DNA from: Macrostomum lignano
Lineage: Eukaryota
Direction: 5' to 3'
DNA: 64,000 bases
Assembly: GCA_002269645.1 (NCBI GenBank)
Contig: NIVC01001883.1
Location: forward strand, 133,378-197,377
A program made the translations under genes and the position numbers. Position 1 is the stretch's first letter. Every line of letters begins with the position of its first letter. Below, one piece after another: positions 56,505 to 64,000 of the stretch. Below the pieces are notes generated by a model, which was not told the DNA's origin, did not search any database, and saw nothing but the letters and a program-made list of their open reading frames with translations.

Positions 56505-56842
56505 CCCGTACAACAATCCGACGTATCTGACCGACGTCGTACGACGTCTATGTAACATTACGTGTTTCCTATTGGTCGGACGTCGGGCTGACGTCGAAGT
56601 CGTAGTCGAAAAATTAAATTCGCCTTAATTCACGTTATTCGCCTTAAATAATTAAATTAAGCATAACAGTATTGCTTGCCAGTTCATCCCGCGAAAATAA
56701 ATGTTAAAGCAGCGCGAAATAAATTTTCGGACTACGACTTCGACGTCGGCCCGACGTCCGACCAATAGGAAACACGTAATGTTACATAGACGTCGTACGA
56801 CGTCGGTTCAGAGGTCGGTGCGACGTCGGATTGTTGTACGGG
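56505..56842. mobile_element. MITE with inverted arms of about 110 bp and TTA TSD (PIF/Harbinger-like TSD)
   Basis: CCCGTACAACAATCCGACGT TIR; TTA at 56502-56504 and 56843-56845; arms almost identical. Confidence 0.8.
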
Positions 56843-56964
56843 TTATCCATCGTATGCGATAGACCTCTGCTAAGCTTTCCGTCCCTTCTTCAGAATTTCA
56901 TCGCCTGTTGTTGCCTGCAGAGCGCAGCGAAATTCTGTCTGGCCTTCCAGGAGCCGGAATCTGC

Positions 56965-57010
56965 ATGGCTGAGGGTCTCATTCAAGACGGCGAGACCGAG
57001 GAGGCTGCAG
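56965..57010 (+). CDS. Short first coding exon of the GVIN-like gene (MAEGLIQDGETEEAA)
   Basis: G|GTGAGT donor, 75-nt intron with CTGACTAAT branch and TCTAG acceptor, in frame with the ATG at 57091. Confidence 0.65.
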
Positions 57011-60000
57011 GTGAGTTCCCTGAACTTGTTCTTTTTTGTCTTTTTAATACTCCTGTAATGACTGACTGACTAATTTACATTCTAGGGCTCATGGAGACAG
57101 CGGAAGCTTCGAGAAAAATCAGTTTAAGCTTCTGTTGCTTCAACGTAAAAGCGAGGCAATCAAGAAGAAGGCGGCGACATGTGGCCAAAGACGCAAGTAG
57201 TAAAAATAAGACTGAAGAAAAGGGCGAGGCTGTCGCCAAAGATTCGAGTCATGAGGAGACTGAGGGAAAGGGCGAGGATGTCGTCAAAGATTCGAGTCAT
57301 GAGGAGACTGAGGGAAAGGGCGAGGATGTCGTCAAAGATTCCAGTCATGAGGAGACTGAGGGAAAGGGCGAGGCTGTCGCCAAAGATGCCAGTCATGAGA
57401 TGACCGAGGAAGACAGCAGTGGTGCTTTCAATGGTGATACCCCAACAGCGATTCTTAAAGTGATAGAGTTGCTGCAGCTGAAAAGTATCAAACAGAAATT
57501 TTCATTCTCAGACGTTGTGCGACTCTACAGTGACAGTTTTCAGGAGCCTAAAAAAACAGAAATCGATCGGCTGGGTTGGACTGTTCTCAGAGGTCTTCTT
57601 GCTTACGATAGGACTGCAAGAGACAAATCAATTGCTAAGAAAGACACGGAGCCAGAAGCTGAAGACCCTTTCTGTGATTTCGAAAGTCCAGATTCGCTTA
57701 ATCCGATGGACGTTCTTCAGGCGTGCTTTCTCTGCTGCGATCCTGAGGTGCAGCAGATCCTGTGCAAAGCTCTGTTCACCTGCAAGCTCGCATTTCCATT
57801 CATATACAGTGACCGTGAGGGTCAACTCACTCTGAGTCAGTGGAACCTCAGAGACATCGTAGTTGAATACCGAGACTGTCAGGGTCGGTATCTGGAAACG
57901 AGTCTGGTCTCCGAGCACCCTTTTCCCGTCGTCTGCTTTGCTCGAATTGGAGAGATCGGCACCTCCAAGTCGAAGCTGCTGAACAGCCTTTTGTTCAAGA
58001 GCAGTTTGGATACGTTTTTCCACCACGACTGCAACAACGGAGACGTCAGACGACAATGCACAAACGGGTTGGTAGAGGCCACAGTTTTCCTGCCGTCGGA
58101 AGGCCCATCGAGCACATTCAGCAAAGCCTTTGTGCTGGCAAATCTTCGAGGCGATCTGCTTGAGCATAGCAAGGAGTTCCAGGCTGTTGCGCAGGTGGCA
58201 GATATTGTTGTTCTGATGGTCGAAATCAAAGCACTGGAGAGCTCTGAAGTTCTACAAGCCATTAATATATTGAGGCATCGACAGGTGCTGCTCATTGTGT
58301 TTAAAAAAGAAGATAGATTGGTTAAGGCAGAGGAGATCGACTTTAAATCGCTGCCTAAGGAAATAATTTGGGCGTTTCGAGGAATGAAGTCTAAGAACGA
58401 GACACAGTTGCTCAGTGAGATCTCAAAGAAACTAGAAAGTCTTCTAGCTGAAACCGAGGGCCTGAAACTGACTGCATTAAATCAAAATGCCTCCTTTGAA
58501 ACAGACGAATGCAACCATGTTCTTGCAGAGTCAAGGACATCTGCGTTTAAGGTAATTGAGCACATGAACTGCAGCGATTCCGAGATGCACGAATTCAAGA
58601 CAAAGCATCTTCCCCTCCAAGCAATCTGGATGGAGTACAGCCAGCTTCACAAGAAAGAGAACTCTTCCAAAGCCGAGAAAAAAGATCTTCAAGAAATCCA
58701 AAGACAGAAAGCTGAGAAAAGGACAACCCAAATCGCAAGGTGCAGAAATTTGAGTGCTTTCATGAAAGACTTTGTGCAGCAGTTAACGAACAGCTGTTTT
58801 AAATCGGAAGGCGGCCTGCCTGTACAGCTTCTCATCCAATGGGAAAAGCTGTTATTTGATGAAATCTCCAGGAAGAAGCTTCCAGACCTTCACAGGAATC
58901 GCAAAGATATCCGCACTCAACTGCAGAGTATTTTTCAACAGAAGGATACCGTTTCAGATGCTGAGGATGTAGAGAAGTGCACTAGCACCGAGTTACAAAA
59001 GAAATTTGATTATTCACTCAGGCAAGTTGAGAAAACAATTCTCGAAATGTCCATTGGCATGGAAAATGTCTTCAGAGAAGTCGGTCAGTTTTTTGAAGCC
59101 ACATGTTCTCTGAACGATACCAACAAAACTTTTGGTTGTGAATCAGAAGTTCTTCCAGAAGTTTTTGCGCGCCTTCTGCTCTGGGGAATTCCCTTGGAGA
59201 TTCTGGACGGCGATGCTAGCAACATTCCTCTCACCTGGGTGACCTCTGTGCTCACTCACTGTAAGCAGCTTGTGGGACAGAAGAATATTTTGGCGGTCTC
59301 CGTACTCGGACTGCAGAGCTCAGGCAAGTCCACTCTGCTCAACACCATGTTCGGACTGAAGTTCGCAGTGAGCGCCGGTCGCTGCACTCGAGGCGCCTTT
59401 CTACAGCTCGTTCCTGTCGAACCTGGCTCGAGTAAGTTCGACTTTGTGGCCGTGATCGACACTGAGGGACTCAGGGCGCCTGAGCTCGGACTTGACAAGT
59501 ATCGTCATGACAACGAGCTCGCCACACTTGTTTTAGGTTTGGGCGATGTCACTGTAATCAATCTGAAGGGCGAGAACAGCGCAGAGATAAAAGACATTCT
59601 GCAGATTGTGGTTCACGCCTTCATCAGAATGAAGATGGCAAACAGGATGCAGGATCTGCGCAGAAGGTGTATCTTTGTTCACCAGAATGTGCCCGCAGTT
59701 GGAGCGAAGGAGAAAATGATGGATCAGAATTGCAAGATGCAGGAGGACTTGGACAAAATCACAAGAGAAGCCGCCGAAGGAGAGAAGGTTGCGAGTGTTC
59801 GCTGCTTCTCTGACATTATCTCGTTCGACAGTGACAAAGATATTTTCTACATGTCGGACTTGTGGCTGGGAGACCCTCCGATGGCACCCGTGAACCCCGG
59901 ATATTCGCACAAAGTAACTGAGATCAAAACCCACATTTTGCATTGTCTGGATGAAAAGTACAAGACTTTTCTTGGATTTGATGACTTTGCTCTCCGCATC

Positions 60001-62315
60001 AAGGACCTGTGGACGGCCATCATGTCCGAAGACTTTGTGTTCAGCTTTCGAAACAGCATCGAGATGAAGGCCTACAATCTCATGGAGTCAGAATTCTTTG
60101 ATGTAAAGCGTCGGTGCGACGTCCAACTCAATGAGTGGCTGACAAAGACTGCGTCAATCCAGCTCCAGAAATGCACCACTTCCAAAAGTGTTCACCAAAC
60201 AAAGGAAAGGCTGAAGATAGAGCTGCATCGTCTACAAGACAATTGTGAGACAAATGGAATGGACCGGTTGATGAAATTCTTTGACGAAAACCCCTACAGT
60301 GAGCAGACGATTCAGTGGAAGTCAAACAAGGCCAATTCTCTGTCTGAGTACGTGAGGTCGCTCGGTGGTGAAGTCACGAGGAAGCTGGAGCAGTTCTGTG
60401 ATCTGCAGCTGCTTGAGACAGAACAGAAATCGAAGCAGAGCCAGTGGGAGAAAGCCATTTTTATCGAGGCCAGGAAGGCTGCAGAAGAGATGCCCGAAGG
60501 CTGCCCTGATGATGAAGTAGAGAAAAAGTTTGAAAGCCTTTGGAAAAAGTTTTTGGGCGACTTGCCTCCTGAAAGGATAGAGTATGGCGAATCGGTTTTG
60601 TCGAGAATCGAAAATTTCCTTCGCGAATGCTATCCTAAGGAGAGGCAAGTGATACGGGACTACCTTGATCAATTCAATTTCGAGCATTGCTCTGGAAGCC
60701 GTGCGGAAGAGATTTCGGATCTGACAGAGCAGCAGCTTTTTGAAAATGACAATAACTCCTTCTTTGAAATTCGCTTAAAAAAGAGGGAAAGAGCTCAACA
60801 GTTTGGCAGTACTTTTACCGGGGGATTCATTTTCTCTGACCCCAATGAAAATGCTAAGGACGAAGCAAAAAGTGAACTGACTGAAATCAGCAACAGGGTG
60901 TTTCGTCAAGTTAAAACAGAAGTTGCCGACATTTCCAAATCAACCAGATGGTTCGAAGAGACTGATGCAAGCCGAGTTCAGAAGGTTGTTGCTGATGGTC
61001 TAAATCGAGAATTGACCGACTTTAAGAGAGCTACCACCACCATCATTTTCGAAATCAAGGTGGTCATTTTGGCTCTTCGTTATGCCTATCCGCACTTTGT
61101 CGAATTCGACCAACGGTTTCGTGACAGCTGCAGCATCAAGGCAAAAACTGACAAAATCAAAGAGCGCATCAGGAACATGTTCTTCAACATGGTTCGGAGA
61201 CAGAGTGGAGCCAAGATTGCAGCTGATTATGTCAGGACCACCTGAAGAAAGTGATACAGGATGCAATCAACCAGCGACTGAAGGAGAAGCTGAAGTCCAA
61301 GCTGATCGCCGAGATCGGAAATGGGAAGTTTCACCTGATCGTGAGAATTCTGGACGACTTTTCACGAAAGAGAAAGTTCAAAAAAATATTGCGGTATGTT
61401 GTCAAGTCTGAGACAGCTGCTCTGAATTGGCTTGATGAGTTTATTCCCGAGTTTCTGTCACAAAAGCCGTCATCAAGCGATGAAAGCAGACTGTTAGCAG
61501 CTGCGAGAGAGCTACTCGAGCCCATACTTGTTGTTGTTACCAGAGCTGATGAGAAAGCTCACACTGAGTCTTCAGGCTCTCTGAAGCAGTGGATTGTGAA
61601 ATTTTGTGAGAATGTGGAATCCGAGCTGGCAGTTCTTCCACAGGATTTGGAGACGGCTTTGCCATCAAATGACTCTAACATCGACCTTTCCGACTTTACT
61701 GACTTTTTTCGACCAGCGATTGAGCAAATCAGAGTGCAAACAATAGAAAAGTACAAAGTTACTACCATCTATGAAGTTGATCGCGACTCACAGGGCGAAA
61801 CCCTCAACCGTCTGGTTTTAAAGAGTTTTTGGGGCTGCACAGCGCAGTGCCCATTCTGCTCTGAGCCATGCAGCAAAGACGATGCCAACCACTATGAAAA
61901 CGAAAAAACGCCTCACACCTGCATTCAGCACAGACCGCAGGGCGTCAAAGGGACGCACGAAAAGGATTCAAAACAACTTGTATTTCGAAATTGCGAATTG
62001 GAGGTATCCTGTGACGGGTGGAGCTTTCGCTGCATCATTTGCCGGAAGCACAGTGTGAAGACCTCATCATGTGCACCCGAAGGCGAAGAGGTGGAAAAAT
62101 ATCATCCGTACAAGAACTACAAGGATTTCTTCCCATATTGGGATATCAAGCCAGACCCAAGTAACTTCGGGAACAAGTTCTGGATGTGGTTCTGCGCAAC
62201 GTTTGTCAAAGAACTTGGCGAGTACTACAAAAAGCCTGTCGATAATTTACCGGTCGCTTGGAAGAGCGTCAGCGAGAAGGAGGCTCTCGAGAGTCTGCGG
62301 AGTCTGCGCCAGTAG
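56965..62315 (+). CDS. GVIN1: Very large GTPase, GVIN1/VLIG/URGCP-like: join(56965-57010,57086-62315) with one -1 frameshift near 61232; about 1758 aa if repaired
   Basis: VLGLQSSGKSTLLNTMFGLKFAVSAGRCTRGAF (G1/G2), IDTEGL (G3), HDNELAT, FVHQNV, LWLGDPPMAPVNPGYS, LWTAIMSEDFVFSFRN; Cys-rich C-terminus GCTAQCPFC..HRPQG. Confidence 0.85.
57091..61245 (+). CDS. GVIN1: GVIN-like ORF part 1 (1384 aa, includes the GTPase domain)
   Basis: Long ORF with VLIG-type G motifs. Confidence 0.88.
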   Translation: METAEASRKISLSFCCFNVKARQSRRRRRHVAKDASSKNKTEEKGEAVAKDSSHEETEGKGEDVVKDSSHEETEGKGEDVVKDSSHEETEGKGEAVAKDASHEMTEEDSSGAFNGDTPTAILKVIELLQLKSIKQKFSFSDVVRLYSDSFQEPKKTEIDRLGWTVLRGLLAYDRTARDKSIAKKDTEPEAEDPFCDFESPDSLNPMDVLQACFLCCDPEVQQILCKALFTCKLAFPFIYSDREGQLTLSQWNLRDIVVEYRDCQGRYLETSLVSEHPFPVVCFARIGEIGTSKSKLLNSLLFKSSLDTFFHHDCNNGDVRRQCTNGLVEATVFLPSEGPSSTFSKAFVLANLRGDLLEHSKEFQAVAQVADIVVLMVEIKALESSEVLQAINILRHRQVLLIVFKKEDRLVKAEEIDFKSLPKEIIWAFRGMKSKNETQLLSEISKKLESLLAETEGLKLTALNQNASFETDECNHVLAESRTSAFKVIEHMNCSDSEMHEFKTKHLPLQAIWMEYSQLHKKENSSKAEKKDLQEIQRQKAEKRTTQIARCRNLSAFMKDFVQQLTNSCFKSEGGLPVQLLIQWEKLLFDEISRKKLPDLHRNRKDIRTQLQSIFQQKDTVSDAEDVEKCTSTELQKKFDYSLRQVEKTILEMSIGMENVFREVGQFFEATCSLNDTNKTFGCESEVLPEVFARLLLWGIPLEILDGDASNIPLTWVTSVLTHCKQLVGQKNILAVSVLGLQSSGKSTLLNTMFGLKFAVSAGRCTRGAFLQLVPVEPGSSKFDFVAVIDTEGLRAPELGLDKYRHDNELATLVLGLGDVTVINLKGENSAEIKDILQIVVHAFIRMKMANRMQDLRRRCIFVHQNVPAVGAKEKMMDQNCKMQEDLDKITREAAEGEKVASVRCFSDIISFDSDKDIFYMSDLWLGDPPMAPVNPGYSHKVTEIKTHILHCLDEKYKTFLGFDDFALRIKDLWTAIMSEDFVFSFRNSIEMKAYNLMESEFFDVKRRCDVQLNEWLTKTASIQLQKCTTSKSVHQTKERLKIELHRLQDNCETNGMDRLMKFFDENPYSEQTIQWKSNKANSLSEYVRSLGGEVTRKLEQFCDLQLLETEQKSKQSQWEKAIFIEARKAAEEMPEGCPDDEVEKKFESLWKKFLGDLPPERIEYGESVLSRIENFLRECYPKERQVIRDYLDQFNFEHCSGSRAEEISDLTEQQLFENDNNSFFEIRLKKRERAQQFGSTFTGGFIFSDPNENAKDEAKSELTEISNRVFRQVKTEVADISKSTRWFEETDASRVQKVVADGLNRELTDFKRATTTIIFEIKVVILALRYAYPHFVEFDQRFRDSCSIKAKTDKIKERIRNMFFNMVRRQSGAKIAADYVRTT
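57231..57400 (+). repeat. 48-bp coding repeat (KDSSHEETEGKGEDVV) in the GVIN-like N-terminus
   Basis: About 3.5 in-frame copies. Confidence 0.9.
61251..62315 (+). CDS. GVIN1: GVIN-like ORF part 2 (C-terminal Cys/His-rich region; frame open from 61227)
   Basis: No plausible intron between the two parts; continues the GVIN-like C-terminus. Confidence 0.8.
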   Translation: MIQDAINQRLKEKLKSKLIAEIGNGKFHLIVRILDDFSRKRKFKKILRYVVKSETAALNWLDEFIPEFLSQKPSSSDESRLLAAARELLEPILVVVTRADEKAHTESSGSLKQWIVKFCENVESELAVLPQDLETALPSNDSNIDLSDFTDFFRPAIEQIRVQTIEKYKVTTIYEVDRDSQGETLNRLVLKSFWGCTAQCPFCSEPCSKDDANHYENEKTPHTCIQHRPQGVKGTHEKDSKQLVFRNCELEVSCDGWSFRCIICRKHSVKTSSCAPEGEEVEKYHPYKNYKDFFPYWDIKPDPSNFGNKFWMWFCATFVKELGEYYKKPVDNLPVAWKSVSEKEALESLRSLRQ

Positions 62316-64000
62316 AGACAGAAGTGAGTCGGATAATTTAACTTTAAACTCAGCACGTTTTTGACCGACGAATAGGTGCAACAGATTTCTATACTGTTAT
62401 TTTGGTTCAGCCGCTCCTCTTGTTGGAGTTCTTTGAGGTATTTGGGACTGAAATTTCTGAGGACTCTAGTTTTCTGCTTTGGCTCTCCAGCTTCGTCTAA
62501 TGTTATTTTTGTGAGCCCTATGAGGTAATGACAAACAATTCGATTCGTAAGACTTTGTGCCTGTAACCTGACGTTTATTTTATGCTTTGATGCTTGATTA
62601 ACCCGGAAAGTTGTTTTTTAGCAGTGATTGTCTCACTAATGCAATCAATAGCTATGAAGCTTACATCTTACGTACAGCAAACAGGGGCGTACCCAGGATT
62701 GGAGGTGCCCATCAAAGCCTGCAAAGTTTCTGGGAGTGTCTAAACAAACCCGCTTGTGCTCATGAGAGCTCGTTTTTGCCCCTCTGCTGCACTGCATGGT
62801 GGCTATATCTGTTTTTCTCTGATTCAATCGGTGGGAGCTATTATCCCAAAGATGGGAAAGAAAATATTGGTGTTCACTCATGCAATAATTTTTTTAATTT
62901 TAACTTTTAAAATAGCCCTTTGCTAGCATATTCATTCACAACTGTACCAAGTGATCAGTTTAGTTTTTGTTACTTGACGCTTTGTCTTTGTCTGAATTTA
63001 TAATGAATTTATAATTCATTAATGAGTCATTCAATTAATTAAATATCTTTTTTATTGGTCACATTTTAATTTTCGTTTATAAATAGAAACACTCTTTTTG
63101 GCTCGTAGCTATACATACTACGAGCGCATTACAGCACATTACAAAACTAAAACGCTCGCAGACTATGTGCACGCTTATTCAGACTAAACTAAACGTGTTA
63201 ATCACCAATATTTGTTATATCAGTATATTATGCATTAGAAATCGTTCTAGACACTCCTGTTTTATTTCCACTTCCATTGCAAATTTATTCAAACTGCACA
63301 AATTTTTCTACTGTCTGCACGCGGGAAGGTGCCGACGGCGTCTGGTCTGGATGACAACTGAATGCTTGAGCTGAGACTATCTGTATTATTGAGAATGCCT
63401 GCCTTGCAGTTGAGGTTGTCAGGTTGGCCCACTGTCGAGGCTTAGTAGCTAATCAAACATACAAACCTTAGAGATTTAGTATATTTAGATAGCTGCTGCT
63501 CATGCCTTAACGTTAATTGAAGAGTTGCTTGATTGCATAGTAGTTACTTTCGTTCGCAAAATTACTCAAACTGCACATTAAGTTTTAAGAGTACGCTCGT
63601 AGATAGGAGGAATATAGGCATTGTACGAGCGTAAGTACCATTTGTAAGCAATTCATGTACATATTTCATTTGTACATCTCAGCTACGGGCTAGCTATAGT
63701 TTCCCTTTCCCAGCCGAAATGCTTTTTGACATAAGGGATCGAGGCATGGACCACCCGTTCTTGAGTCAGTTGGAATCGTCTGAGTTGGCTTGGCAGTGAC
63801 AGTCCAAAGCTTGCAGAAAGAAGTTGCAGACTTGCAGTTGCAGTGCCATGGCTAATGTTCTGGCCTCCCTCAACAATGTAAGAGACAACGAGCCCCTGGA
63901 CACTGCATGCTGCCACTGTCATCCTGCTACTGCTGCAGTTTAATTCTAATAGAATTTAGAACGGGAGCGGAGTGTGTGGTCTATGCAGCTGACTCCAGAA

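Noticed and set aside
62682-62700. CAGGGGCGTACCCAGGATT as a hAT-like terminus
   Set aside because: No convincing partner TIR or 8-bp TSD within the window.
63683-63922. 79-aa minus-strand ORF at the window edge as an exon of a neighbouring gene
   Set aside because: Possible, but no recognisable motif; it cannot be supported without flanking sequence.

Overview
This is eukaryotic, intron-containing animal DNA, probably invertebrate. GC-rich exons and minisatellite-packed introns recall the flatworm Macrostomum, but that assignment is only an inference. Four host genes and one LTR retrotransposon can be built by hand. (1) A complete alpha-neurexin on + (3252-36069; 15 phase-consistent GT-AG exons; about 1571 aa; SP-LNS1-EGF1-LNS2-LNS3-EGF2-LNS4-LNS5-EGF3-LNS6-stalk-TM-KEWYV). 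(2) A young Mag-type Ty3/gypsy element (38450-43301; 208-bp LTRs with 1 mismatch; CCATA target-site duplication). (3) A class I phosphatidylinositol transfer protein on - (4 coding exons, 280 aa). (4) An intronless HPS1-like gene. (5) A GVIN1/URGCP-like very large GTPase with one frameshift. About 30 distinct tandem-repeat arrays fill the first 47 kb, whereas the AT-rich right part carries MITE/foldback elements. The most interesting signals are in the neurexin locus: a second in-phase signal-peptide exon upstream of LNS2, a 24-nt microexon at the vertebrate SS2 position, orphan acceptors followed by in-frame stops after EGF1 and EGF2, a furin-like insertion in LNS6, and minisatellites made from the gene's own splice sites. 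All isoform claims are predictions from DNA alone and need transcript data.
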